Shown piece by piece: positions 14,201 to 29,200 of a DNA stretch of 64,000 nucleotides. Position 1 is the stretch's first letter. Each line of letters opens with the position of its first letter. A program made the translations under genes and the position numbers. The DNA comes from Styela clava (lineage: Eukaryota), in NCBI RefSeq assembly GCF_964204865.1, contig NC_135262.1, forward strand, positions 11,718,001-11,782,000, written 5' to 3'. The notes beneath the pieces are model-generated. The model saw only the letters and a program-made list of their open reading frames with translations, was not told the origin of the DNA and searched no databases.

Positions 14201-17200
14201 ATAACCAAAAACTTTGTGCCTGCAACTACCAGACAGCCTGTTGTAAATAAAGGTGCGGACCGGGGTTTCACCCAGTCATTTGTATCTGGCACTCCTGTAT
14301 TAAATGTCGCACACCCCTGCACTAGGCCACCACTAAGTTTAGCTAAGTTTTTCAATTACAATTAATTAGTAATCCTATTTTCAATTGTTTGCTTTGAAAA
14401 CGGCCATGTAAAATCAGTTACGCAGATGTTGGAAACTACTAAATTTGAAAGGATTGTTGTTTAACAATCAAACTTAAAGAAAGATACTGGATTTAAGTGG
14501 AACAATCGACTGACTGACTAATTTATATATTCATATAAATTTGAATTGCATCTAAAAAATTTACAGTAAATGGTTTAAAAAAGCTGATTACATAATGTAT
14601 AAATATATGAACATTAATTAAAACCATTTCATAAAAAAAAAATTTTTGATATACCTTAAATCTGCCATTTTAATATCAACGTCTAAATGTGTTTTCTCAT
14701 GTCTTAACAAATGTAACTCTGCATCAAATGCTGTTATGCTTTGATTTATCAATCTCAATAACTTGTTTCGTTGATAAACGAGTTTGATTTCATTGATCTT
14801 CGCAATCTCAATTTCAAGACGACTTTGTGTCTTTGATGCCTGAATTAGAACATAGAAATAGATTAGGTTATGCCGAACTGCGTAAAATTTAGTTTTTCTA
14901 AAAAGCACATATCGGTGGCTGCTTTAAAGAGCCCTCTTTGGGGTGAAAAAGGGTGTTGTATAAAAATGTATTCTTTTGAGATTCTATTTGAAAACATATA
15001 ACATAATACTTTTGACAAATGTCTACTTCGGCTTGGTGTACTCGAACTTTTGACACTTTTTGTGGTTTGTTCTTCTTTATCTCCTTCTGCCTCACCATCT
15101 TGTCCACCTTCCTGAATATAGAAATAATTGGTATTAGTGATATCACAATCACAATTTACAACAATGTTGTACAAATGTAGATTCGACTCGACTTGTTTAC
15201 ATATCATTGCAGGAAAAAATTAACTTTTGGAAAATATTAATTTTTCTTTCTGCACCGAGTAGCCTACCTAAAAAAATGATCATCAGGATAATATTTTGAT
15301 ATGTTCAGAGTTTCAAGACAGAAGGGCGAATGAATATTGGAATAACAATAAATTTTCATTTGAAAATAGCATTAAGAAATAGATAATCTCTAATAAGCTG
15401 GTATCTAATCATATAAAGCAATATTCTATTTAACAGAGTATTTCGATGGTAGGTTACAGAAGTATAGAAATCAAAAATATTCATTTTTCTCGATTTTCTT
15501 TTGGCCTTCATATCAATGGAAGTTTATTTTTTCCAACCAGTAAACAAAACGATGAATACGACAAACAACAAACTGGTGTCCAATTATCAGTGTTGTTAAC
15601 ACACCAATAGGCTAGCTCAATTTAAAATGCGATCCTCAACTTTAAGAATACATTTATTTTGAAACTTTGATCCGAACAGAATACCAGTTGTAGGTAAAAC
15701 AAACCGATATATTGGCGAGAAAAACTTGTTTAATTTGTTAACATAAGGCTGATAACATACAAACACTTACATCATCAAAACCACCAAACATTCCCATTCC
15801 AGATCTCTTTTTACTTGCATCAGCCAATTCTCTTTCTTTTTCTAGAGCCTGGAATTCAAGTAGAGTATCCCGGGTATAATCATATTTTCTAAATAGAAAA
15901 GGATGATTGAAAAGCAAAATTAAAGAAAAGAGGATTTGATAGTCAGTGTTCTTTTCTATTACAATGGAGATCTTACCAAGCAAACTGCCTAGCAGTTAAA
16001 GCGTTAGACTTAACCATGGTAGCATTGCAGATTACACACCTCAAATTCAAATTCCACCCTAGTTGAATTACATCTATACTGAACTACTTAAGTTGTCTAA
16101 TTATTTTGCTAATTTAATCAGTAATTCTATTCAATTCAAGAGTCTTGCTGCACACAACCACAAATATATTTCTGTAACGTTTCGTCTGACCGAGGTTAGA
16201 CTTCTTCAGACAAGCATTTTAGCAAGACTCTAGCATTCAGAAATACTCTTGAATTGAATAGAAAAGCCATTTACACTCTAGCTACAGCATCCTTGCGTTA
16301 TACGAATACGGATCCACCTGCGCAAAGTCATATAGAGCAAGGAAAGGTAGTTAGTTTCACGCTCAACCTCAACTGTTAATCAGTAATCATCTCATTATTT
16401 TTAACCATGATGAAAATATTCACTAAACGAACACAAATGAAAGTAATTTTTAAAAAAATCGCATTACATAGCAAATGCAGACACACGCAGCGCCGAAAAG
16501 TCCAACGATAAATAAAAGTATGTTGAAGCAACTCACTAGTTGGACATTTCAACAAGCGAAAAATGACAGACCAGAGAAACAATATTTTATCTTTCTCTAC
16601 CTAAGTTACATAATCACCTTTCTGGTAATTCATCTGGTTTCATTTTAGGAACTTTTGGAAGAGTTTTTCTCAATGTTCCGTTTAATTTCTTTTGAATTTC
16701 CTTCAATTCTTTCACCCATTCTTTAATGTCACCAATTCGTGATTGCTTGTTGTCTCTCAATGATGTTAACTTTGTGTTAAATTCTTTTTTTGCTTGAAAT
16801 ATCTGAGAAGATAAACATTTGATGTTCAGTTTCAACAAGCAAAATCATGAAAAAAACGCTCAAATATACACTAAGTGGTACGGGTATGCAATATGTCACT
16901 GTAACCTACTGGTATCGGATCACAGCTGAGCAGCAGATTTGAATTTACGTGTAAGCGGAACAACCTTAAATAACGCAACTTTAAAGCACACAAAACTCAA
17001 CCCAATAGAGGAAACAGAAATTTTAGAGATAAAAGAAGTAATACCCATTCAGCAAAAATGCAATTTTCAACCAATAAAAATTTCGAAGCAATTGGTCCAG
17101 TAATTGATGAAAAAAAAATTGTTTACCCAAGATAGAGAAAGGAATTACTAATATGATAATCAACAACAAAATAACAAAACAATACATAGTTCCACTTCGT

Positions 17201-20200
17201 GTCCAATAAATAATCACAAATATATTCCAATTCTCAGTTCTAATTCTTATTCATTCGAGAATCACTGCTCACATGAAAAGCATATGTATGAGACTGATGT
17301 CTGTACTAATGGTTTGAACAGAAGATTTTCTCGAACAAGACAACAATTCGTAGACAATGCTTTTCGTGCATCCTGTATTTCAATAAAATCAAGCCGCCCA
17401 AACTTTTAATAGTTCGATGAATAACAGACCTCGAAGTTGAAAATACATAAAAAAACATAATAAAATTCCTCCACAAACCAAAGACATGTTGATTATAAAC
17501 TATATCATACCAAACCCTGCAGAATCAATATCTGTGTCTTCTTTTTTTCAGTGTCCATTCGTAAATGTTCTGGTACAACATAATCAGAAGCAGTCTTCAA
17601 TTTGAAATCACCAATATTGGCTTTAGCTTCTTGAATATCTGATATATCAGCTGGATCTTCATAATTCTCAGCAGGTTTGCTCTTGTATAAATCATCCCAC
17701 TAACAAATAAGAGATTAAAAAGTTTAGTATCTGGATAGTGAAAAAATTTAGTCGCGTTTCTAAAACAAAAAATTGAAACGTGTGCAGATAAAAGTACGAA
17801 TTGTTTTTCCTAGGGCAAAATATAAGATTCTGGAGATTACACTAAGCAGTTATTTTGGGGCCAACTTGCAAGGAAACAACATCCGTAACATTGATAATTT
17901 TACAAGCGATATTTACACACAGATGTGATAAAAAAAATAGATAGGTATTAGATATTTATCCCAGCAATGAGGGAAGTCGATAAGACAGCGCAATCATATG
18001 TTGAACTACAGGCTGTCATCCAGTTACACACCCCATATCGGTATTGAAATAGTTTAAAGCAATTTCCATTTAGCTGCAGCAGTTACTTACGTGAACCACC
18101 CCAAAACGGCAAAAAGTCCAACAAATCTCTAAATATTTCCCACAAGATTTGAATATGCGGACGGGTAATCAGGAATGCGATAGCAAGCGTAAATATTAGA
18201 TTCTTATGCAACTTAAAATAATCAGCAAACCTCCTTCTGTCTTTGTTCTCTTTTCTTTTTAGCTTCTTCAGCTTTTTTTATTGCCTTTGCTACTTTTTCT
18301 GCCTGTCTACCTTGTAATGTAGTTCCTTTTTGTTTTTTGACGGCACCTTGAAGGAAGGATTGCTGGTGCTCTAGTTCTTCTAGATAAAAAAAGAAAAATA
18401 GGTAACCAATTGCTTATTTCAGATAGACTTGATGGTGGTGAAATTCATAGAGGACCAGCAAATCACCCTATGCTGAGGAGTCCAGCGATCCTTTTGCACA
18501 TAATTATTCCCCATTAGTTTAAACCAACACAGGTTAATAAGTTGCAATGACAAGCGTTTCCTACCACTTAGCATTTTCCAACTATAGTGGTAATACTGAA
18601 AAAATCACATCTACATTTAGGTATATCTGATAAACATTACTGAAGACAAAATAATACAAACCTTTTGTGCTTTGCTTTCTCCCTATATCCAAACCATCGG
18701 ATAATCTTCGACCTTTTATATTCCCTCCATCCAAACTACCGAGTCGAGCTCGTTCTGCGATATTCTTTTCAAGCTTGAAATACTCGTCAGCCAATCGAGT
18801 GATTCGATATGAAGAAACGGTGTGCTCAGAATTTAAAGCATGTAGTGTGATCCGTGGACAATCTATCATATCCGAAAATCGATTCTAAAATACAATTGGA
18901 CATAATTTAGAATGAAAATGTGAAATAAATTTATTGACAACAAATTTATTCACTGATAATGCAATTACTTTGACTTTTAAAGTATTTTATTCCTTTACAT
19001 ATTCTTCGAAATTTCGACTAAGATCGCTTACTTTTTATTACCGTAACGATCTGGCCTACACTGGCTAACGTCAGTCAACCCGAACGAAAATAGGTGCAAG
19101 GAGTCGGAATCCGAGAGTATCTGCTACATTAATAGTTGATTCAAAAATCGTTCAGAGTGGAGAGCGATAGCTTATTGCCCTTAACCTACGTTCGCTATTA
19201 TTTTCAATGACCAGGCCGTTTTATCTTTTCCTCTTTATTATGTACATTATATAGATGTAATAGTTTGTTTGTATTCCTCATTAGACTCTATCAATTTTTC
19301 GTAAGTGTCTCCTAAATTGCATTTGCTGTAAATATTTTCGATTTACTGTTTGCCTTATATTGCTTTTAGTTGCATATTCCGCCAAACTTGCCCTTCCTAT
19401 ATTTTTTCTGTGCTTTTATCTTGCTGTAGGTGTCGCTGCTTGAAGACCTTCTTAGGTCCCTCCGGCGACCCCTTCTTAGGCGACTCCGGTCACGCAAAAA
19501 CATGATTAGTACTGTAATTTATTCATTGTGTCACTTTATGTTTGAACGTGTTTTTTTGTGATGACAAAATAAACGATTGATTGATCGATAGTAAACTATA
19601 CATGGGTTTTCCAGAAGAGGCCATTGATTTAAAAAAAGACAAAAATTATATATGTCAATGCTTGGCGCATATCTTGATTGTGATTTATATTCTATATTGA
19701 TTCACATGACTTTCACAATAAAGTAAGCGAAGAAATTTTTGCCATTTTCCTGACCTTTAACTTCCTTGTAGCAAGATTCAATTTTTCTTTTTCCCATTGC
19801 ATTTCCAATCTTACTCTTTCAATTCTTTTGTTAGTTGCTTCATGCATGTTTACTCTCAATGATGGATCGAGCTCAAAATCCTAAATTATATTTTTAAACT
19901 TTTCACACAAATTTTGCTAAAATCGATAAATTTTACCAGTAAAAAAATTTTCAACCCCTTGGCCTCCCTCTCACCTTCATTCAAGGCTGATATAGAATTG
20001 ATGATTTGAGGATAGGATTTTTGAATTTATCCCAGGGGCGAAAAAAGTCAATATACTGTCTCAATCATGGCAAACCATGGCCTCTCATTCAATTACCAGT
20101 CTGTACCGGGTATGGAATTAGGTATCCAGTTTGTTTCAGATGCACAGACTTGATGGTGGAGGAAGTCAAAACCGACCAGAAGTTTAGTGAACCACTGTAC

Positions 20201-23200
20201 GGTGCGAAGAGTCCAGCAATCTTCTAGTACATAATTTATTCCTCATTCAAACCTGCGTCACCCACGCAGGGTAAGCAGAGATGCAATGAAAAGCATATTC
20301 TAAACGCTTGGAATGATGCGTTGCCAACAGCCTTTTCAAATGGCGTTTCAATCATCATTTTTATAATTTATTTAAAGCTATTATTCCTCTAAGCAGCCAC
20401 CACACAGATTCATCCTTTCACATCAAGCTATTACCAGAGCTTAATTTATGTTACAAACAACAATAAAAAGCATAACTTGTCAACTCACCTCTCGTTTCAG
20501 TCTCACATTTTCAGGTAATTGATCATTCTTTTTTATTATATCAGTAAAAATATGCCGAAGTTTTTGAATTTTTTGTCTTTCTTCAGCTTTCTTTGCTTCA
20601 GCTTCTTTCATATAACGATCATGTTCAGCTTTTAATTTTGCATCTTCAATACTGTATGCTTGTGGATCATCAATGTCATCTGCAGGAACTTCATCTGCAT
20701 CTTTCTGTAACGGGTAAAATTTTATTTCGCTGGTATTTGCTTTGTATTGCTTAAGGCTAATGAGCAAGAGATTATATAGTGTATGCAGCAGGTCGGGGAT
20801 GGTCGGGCAAGCCATGATTTAGAATCTGGAGAGACAGTTTAGCATGCTTTCATAGATATCGTGATGGGAGTCATGTTTTCAAACTCGGAATATAACATCT
20901 GAGCCAAAGTCGGGATTCTATGGTTGTAATACAACTTTGAACTTTTGATGATGAAAGATGAAGAAAATCTACAAAGCGCTCTACAAAATGACAAGTTGAA
21001 GAGAAATCGCATATCCCAACTTTTTTGTGGTCAAAATTTAATTTTTTTTTAAATTGAAAGCTGGATTTGGATTCAAAACTTGCTGATTGATTTTTGGAGT
21101 TCCAGAACTATATTTTGAAATTCTTGGAGTCTGGAGTCAGAGTTGAACTCTCTGAATGTCGATTTGCTAAGACATAAATCAGAAACAAAATTTTCAACTG
21201 AAACTACAACAGGACTGCAAACGCCAAAGGGGTCAGAAAAAAATTTCTACATCTGGAAGCCATTTCCCAGTTTATCGTATTTCAGATTGTCAGAATTTTT
21301 GTTTGAATCACGACTCGAGTCGAGTGCTTACAGACAAACAAATTCATTGTCAGTAGAATAAAACTTACTCTAGCCGAAGGCAATCTCGCTCTTTGTCCTT
21401 CCATTGCTTTATAAACTTCTTCAAACGGTAGAAAGTTATATCCATAAATATTACCATCATTACCACCAGTGAATAAGAATGCACCGTCATTACTTTCACA
21501 TATGCTGGATACGAATCCTAAAAACGAAAATATCTGTGGGTGACATGGCTTAGGGGTTAGTGCAGTATGGGAATAGTTAGCCTGTTATTTGTTTTAGGTG
21601 CATGGACTTGATGAAGAAGGAAGGCGTAACCGACCAGCGGACATAATTATTCACCTACGAAAATCAAACTTGTGAACCCACACAGGATAATCAAAGGTGC
21701 AATGGCAAGCGTATTCCTAACGCCTACCATCGATATTCCAGACTAGAACTCACCTGTCTCATTGTCATGCATGCTTAATTGCCAGTATGGTAAGGTGATG
21801 ACGTCCATTTTGAATGTTTCCATATTGATATCCTTTTCCAATGGATGCACTCTTATTATTCCATTTTGAAATCCAACCAATAGACAATGTGCATTTTGAC
21901 TATGGTAAATAGTTGTCGCAGGTATATCATTCGACTCTATATAAAAAAAAGTGCGGTGAGTCAAAAAGTGAATGAATTTGCAGCAAGACTCTTGAATTAA
22001 ATAGAACAGTCATCTTTATGCTTGCTACAGCGTTCTTGCGTTGTATGCGTATGGATCCATTTGCACAAAAGAATAAAGCAAAGAAAAATAGTCAATCTTG
22101 CGTAACCCCAACTGATAGTAGAAAGAATTGAAAAAAAAAAGATTGTGGCTGGCATTTTGAATAAACCATGTTGAAAATAAAGATTCGAGATAAAGGATCA
22201 AAGATGTTTCATTGGTAAATCCAAGCCCACCTGAGCCTTGTTTAGAGCAGTGAAGTGAAAATTCAACACCATGGAATTCAGAAAAAAATAATTGAAAAGA
22301 AGAGATATTCATTCGGAAAATCAAAGTTTTTGGCCCTTCATACACCGGTTTTTCAAAAGGCCACACAGGGATGATAATTTGAACTGGAATTTGTAAGTAT
22401 GGCACGAAAAGAGTAAATCTTGGAAATCTCTGTGAAAAGACACAGTCGGAACACATATCGTAATCATTGGCAAATTAGAAAAATGTGTATCAGATTACAA
22501 AAATCTGAAATAACTTGAACAGTCCAGTTGATGAAAACTATTAAAAATAAGTGCAATCCACGTACCTGGGACAGCAAGAGAGTTGATAGGTTCTGCAGGA
22601 GCAATGTCAGGATTTTGCACTGAGACTGCATCAGATGAAAACTCACACTCATATAAATATCCTGCATCATAATCCCCTACTGACAAAATAAACTTGTTTT
22701 CTTCGCTGTAAAAAGCAGCATGAAGTAGTGAGGGTTTTGCAGGGAAAAAGAGTGGTTCCTCCTCTTCTTCTTCCTCCTCAACATTGAGAAATTCTCTCTC
22801 TTCCTCCTCAGAGAATTCCTCACCTTGAGTAAAATACATTTTTTGTAAATATAGAGTGCAATATTTTATATACATAATTTGATAATGTATTCTGTATCAA
22901 AAGTGAATGTAACTTCACTTGGAGATGTGTCTCCTCTACTTGAGTGAGTGCATGATCTTGCTTTGAGCGTACTCTCTTTGGTATGCAGAATTTGTAAATG
23001 TAGCTGTAACTTTGCTCAGAGATGAGTCCACTTTACTTCTGAGTGAGTATATATGACATTGCTCTGAGCATATTCGTTTTAGAAAGTATTTTTTCTGTTG
23101 GCGTCTTGAGATAATCGCAATTGTTTCATCTCTACCTCTATCTTTTCTTCTTTTTAGTTCTTTCTTTTTTTCTTTCAGTTTATTTTCTTTTTCAATTCTT

Positions 23201-26200
23201 TTCCTCTCCCTTGCTTCATCTCTACGCAGCTGTGATTTTATACTTTGGAATGAAAAATATCTAAAAAAAAAAGAACAGAATATTTGAGAGATAAGCTATG
23301 TCTTGATTGCCAACAAGCTTTCAGAAATCTGACAAATCTGTCCGAAGACGTTAACAGAAATTGAAATACAATACTTACAAACTTTTCCAATCATGTCACA
23401 ATTATTGGATTTAAAGAGTAGGTAAATTGTCTTGAAGTAGAGAAATTCTAACAATTCGATAATCGACCAAAAAATTATATTAAAAAATGCTGAGAGACCC
23501 GAAAGGAAATTCGATGCTCGAACACCTGAGCGGGCTGCCGAGTGAGATGACGTTATCCAAACCACACATCTCAGCTGCCTTTAAACAATTCAACAAAAGG
23601 ATGATGCTCGAATATATGGACATGAAGGTCAAAACGGAGTTGTACAGGTATGCAATCTGTCACAGTAGGCAAACAGCACAGCAATCTTCATGACTAACAC
23701 GAAAGCGAACCGCCACGCACAATTTTTGATGACATCATCACACTCAAAAACGAATCCCATAAAGCCCACAGAATATTGGTCAAACATACAGTAACTGATA
23801 CAAATCTTTATCTATATTATGTACACATTTAAATAATTAATTTTGATTAGGTGCACGCTTTGTTAATATTTTGGGTATTTTGCAATGCGCAAGAACGAAT
23901 TAAAATAATCACCATTGTTTTTTATGGCAAAAGTTTCGATACTCTGTAGTCAAACACCAATCCTGAACGGATCACTATAAATCAATAATTCTTTACTAAC
24001 TTCATTGGTAAGGTCAGTTTATATGAATGAGATGTATCGAAAGCACCTATACCAGGTTTCGCCACCTCTGCTACTTTTCCATTGGAGCAGCAAACAAGCA
24101 GAGTGGAAGATGACTGAAAAAAAAGAATTCATTTTCAAATATATTGAATTGCTTGAATAAAAAGGTCAAAAGAAGATACTTTGAAACATCCAATATACAA
24201 TCCATGCGCCTGAAACAAATAACTGGGTAACTAATCCCATACCTGACATGGACTGGTAACCGGACGAGAGGCCGTGGTTCACCATTTGATTAAGCCGCCT
24301 TATTGCCTTTCCTCTCCCTACAAGATTAATAGGTATATCCTATCCCATATCATCCCGAGGAGTCCAGCAATATCCTCATACGGATTTGAATAAGCAATCA
24401 ACTTATTGGATTTGACCAGCGAACCAGCACAGGGTAATCAGAGATGTGGTGGAAAATGTATTCCTAATGCTAAGCATGATGCGCCACACTGCAACCACAC
24501 CATAATGTCCAGGCTTGAATGCAATACAACAACTTTTTTTTACCATTTTCTATGCTAAGTACAATATAAAACCAAATTTTAACACACTCACAAAAGAGTC
24601 GGGTGACCATTGTAAATGGGAGACAGGTCCAGGAACTGAGACAAATCCTATTGGCTCAATGACCGAGTTGAGTTTGAAAAAGAAAACAGTTTGATCTTTG
24701 CTTCCAGTCGCAAGTATCCTGTCATCAGGATGAATTGCCAAAGCAGTAACTTCTTGAGTGTGTGGCTTGAGAACCTAAGCACATTGTATAAGATGATAAA
24801 TATGAGTAGGGATTGAGTAGGATAGAATAATATGAGTATAATATGATGAGTGGGGTGTGATGAATATGAGTGTGTATATAGTGTGATAAAAGTATATGAG
24901 TAGCCTATATCATGAGTGAGGTGTGAGGTGATGAATGAGTTGCCAAAATACAGATATGACATGTAAATTGACAAATATGAGTACGTGGTGACCGATGAGG
25001 GAAAAATGATGAGTGACTATAATATGAGTACGATATGACGTGAATATTTTAAGTGAGTAATGCATGATATGATAAATAAGACACTTGATAAGATATATAT
25101 AGGAGTATGTAAGTACAAATTTCAAAACAAGTTAGATAATTAAAATGAGTATATATTGAGAAAGGTATGAGATGAGTTACATGAGTATGAGGTGAAAAAT
25201 AGGTTGGGTGAAGAGATGAGTAATGCATGAGATGATAAAAATGAGCACAAGATGAGTGACTCATGAGATGATAAATATGGATATCCTCAGAGGCTATGAG
25301 TGAAAATAATTAGTAGGCTACAACATTATTTTTTGAGATGAGTTCAAAAACAGATAATATACTCAAAATAATAGTTGTACCTGCTGCAATGTTAAACTCT
25401 TCTCATCTTCATTTGTCTGAAGAATTAATGATCTCAACAAGCCATTTGAAAATCCAACAAGAAGAATATTTGACTTGGCATAAATCTAAAATGTATGAAG
25501 ATCTTCATTAAGAGAAGAGACAGTACATCAGCAAATGGAGAGTTCCTTTAAAATCTAAGTTTACTTATTAATTGAACGAAAATTTGACAAAAAAGCAAGA
25601 TCTGAAAACAGCAAACGCACATTGGAAGTGCCTAACTCAGACTTCGGGCTGACCCGCCAAAAAAACTCAGTTCATTTGGAACATATCTTAGAGAAAACGT
25701 AAGTTTTGTGCAAAGCGTCCTAGATTGATAAATGTTTGAATACAATCATACAAAAACAGAAGTTCGAGTGTCATATAAATTGTCTTTATTTTCATAGAAG
25801 TAATTAAGAAATTTATGTGTTTTAATTTTCGGGGGTCACCCTGTACTACATTCAAGTATTTTATTAAACGATCTGGTATAAACATACAACAAAATATCTC
25901 CTACCTACGCTAATATAGAATAAAAAAACCACTTACCAACTTTCCAGGCCATAATATGGAGGAACTGTTAGACAACATTGGACATTTGTATTCACAAAGA
26001 GCATCTTTCGTAAGGTAATCATAAATACGAACACTTGTATCTCCAGTTACAGCAACCATATGACTTGCAGGTGACGCCGTAAGCCCGCTAATTTTTCCAG
26101 CTGTATATGAATACAACTTTTCTGGAGGTTTTGTCTGAAGAGATATAGGTTATGAGTACTTTTCAGCAAAAATTCCTTTTTAAATTGATCAACAACAGTT

Positions 26201-29200
26201 TATATGCTTCTACATTTATATTACCGAGGGAGTGATCATGATGCCAAATAAATATTACCTCATAGATTGATAGGACACAAATTAGTTTTTCACCATATAG
26301 TAAAGTCAATAGAATTTCAATAACATTAGTAATAATGGCAGTCTTATTAGAGGAAACTGTGTCATGCATGCCATAAAAATAGGAATTAATGCAAACTGCC
26401 TTTAGTGGGAATGATTGTTGTGAGGGTGCAGTTTTGCAAAAACAGATTTTTTAGCAAATGCAGTTTTTCGAGTACAACCTTTTACAAATTGCAGTCTTGC
26501 AAAAATTTGATTTTGCATGAAATTGAACTTTTGAGTATATTAAACATATTTCCACAAAAACATTTTGCATAAAATTTCACTTGAAAATAAGTTGGCTTTT
26601 GCATTTTAGGCAAGTAATGGAGTGAATATTTCGAGAGAAGAGTATGGTGAGCTAGTTTGAGTGTAATTTTCACTAATATTCTTATACTTATATTAGTTTA
26701 TTTTATTATTTCTATCCTTATACTTTTATACTGGTTTTCATTACCAAATTGCCGAAATCAAAGTTGCGAGTAGTTCAACTCAAATGTAAATAAATCACTA
26801 ATATCACAAAGCATCAATGATGCCTTGGGAACGATACAATACAGATCTTATGTTCCAATCACAAATAGGATAGGATTTTCATATTTACCCCAAGGGAGAA
26901 GAAAGCTTTTATTAAGAGAGCATAATCATACAGTGTGCCAAACCCTTTTGTGCAGTCCACGTCAGGTATGAAAACAGTTAGTCAGTCATTTGTTTCAGAT
27001 GCATGGACTTTATGGTCGAAGAGACCATAATTGACAAGTGGTTATGAAAATGAGTATACTTTGCTAGATTCAAACCTGCAAACCCACATAAAGTGTGATG
27101 GCAAGAGTATTCCTAAGGCTTAGCACGATGCGCCAACAACCGAGCTGAGATATCCTTTTACACAGAAGATTCCTTGCCCACGGATAAAGTAAACAACTAA
27201 TATACAAACAACTTACAGTGTGTGAAAATGACAAATCAAGTTTCCAAATGCCGCCATTAGCATCCTGTGCAAACCATATAGATTCAATTGATTCTTCCGA
27301 TTCATCTGCAGGTTTTGTTTCTCGCAGTTTAACCATACTTGTCAATTGAACCTCAGATCCAACTTTTAATTCATTCATTGGTTCGACTTCAAAAACATCA
27401 GATTCATCAGTCGTATCTGCCGTATCAATTGACTCCATTTCCCAAACCTTTTGAAAAAAGAACTTGCTTCAAACATCGAAAACATACTTAAAAATCTAGA
27501 CTAAAAGGCAGCTAAAATACAGCCCAACATAGAAATGGACATTAAACATTTTTGGGAAATCAATCTATCAAACTACATATTGAATTTGATAAAAATCCTA
27601 ATAGACTTTTCAAACTGGTAAGATACACTAATGTGACAAGACTGCCAGTCAATAATACATTGAAAATGAGTATGGAAACCCTATTTTGACAACTTGACAG
27701 CGAAGATTATAAAGCTAGGTATACGCAATTCAGATTTTTTCGGGCAAATTCGAACGACAACAAGATATCTTCAATAACGACAACAATTTATTGAAACAAT
27801 CCATACTTCATAGGTCCATATTGTGTCTGAAAACTGGATACTTACCCTTACAAATCCATCAACACCAATAGTAATCAATTCTCCTTCATCAATGACAAGT
27901 TGTTGTATAGAACCTGCATGACATGATTTTCTTCCCTTTCTACAGATTTCAACCTGATCAAATGTACATGTTATAATGAAATATGATATAAGATTGGGTT
28001 AAAAAATGTAGAAAACAGTCAAAATCATTTTAATGTCTTTCATCCTATCTATGCTGGTGTCTAAATTATCATCTAGCGTAGGGTTTAATTAAGATGGTAT
28101 GTTATAATGAAGTGGGAATTTCAGAAAAGATTGCGTCATCTTTAATTTGTATGTATCAGAGGATGTCTATCTATAGCTATCTATATAGAACATACATAAC
28201 TCTCGTGCAAAACGTCCTAGGTCAGGGCTATTCACCGGACCTTTCGAGTATTAGAGTTGGACCACACCTAATTATTTATTTTGGGTCAGTAGCCCTACTT
28301 TTTAAATTTCCTATTATACAATGACTCTTATAGTTTTGAATATACATGGAAAGAACTATAACACCATACAAAAAAACAATCCTGTTTAGTTAATAATCAT
28401 TAGTCGGCCTAGGAAGTGCGCGATTAACGATGCCAAAATATAATTTAGGAAAAGGCTGGACCCAAATAATTTCGAAGTTTTGTATGCGGATCCTCGGTAA
28501 AAATAGTTGAGTAGCCCTGTCCTAGGTTACTGACACTTTTGGGTACAATCATACATAAACAGAACTCCAAATGTTAAAAAAATTTTCTTCATTTTCAGAA
28601 CTGTAATTAATAAATTTATGGGTTCTGTCATATTGGGTTACCCTGCATGTATCACCACACAAATAAGAAATCTTTTAAATGAAATCAAGATGCCTGGGTA
28701 AGATTAGGTACAAAAGGGTTTTCAAACTTCTTTCTGCTCTCTAAATTTCTAGATATGCCTTCCTCCATTAGTCATGCCCTTGCATACAGGACATTGAAAT
28801 ACATTCACATCTTTTTTTCCATAAATTTGACTTTTAATAGTATGGGGAATGTAATTTATTTTCCACCCATCTGCTATATTTATATAATTTCATCCTAGCA
28901 TAAGACTCCAAATGTTTCTTTGATAAATAAATGGAGAGAATTTATGATTACAAATCTAACAAAAAAAAACATTCCTAGTACCCCACAAAAATTCAAATTC
29001 AATTCAATAATAAATTATAAATTACGTTACATTAAAAAAATACTATTAGCATAGTTCATACCTTGATCAACCCTCCATCCCAAAGTAACAGATTTCCCCA
29101 CTCAGATCCAGAAAGCACTTTGCCGTCAGGTAACTGCACAAAACCACCAATGTCAGATAAAGAAGTTTTGCCAAAACGTCCCAACTCTCCTTTCAACTTC

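Noticed and set aside
24648-25264. His/Tyr/Ser-rich minus-strand ORFs
   Set aside because: They arise from the intronic low-complexity tract; the CFAP44 frame is complete without them.
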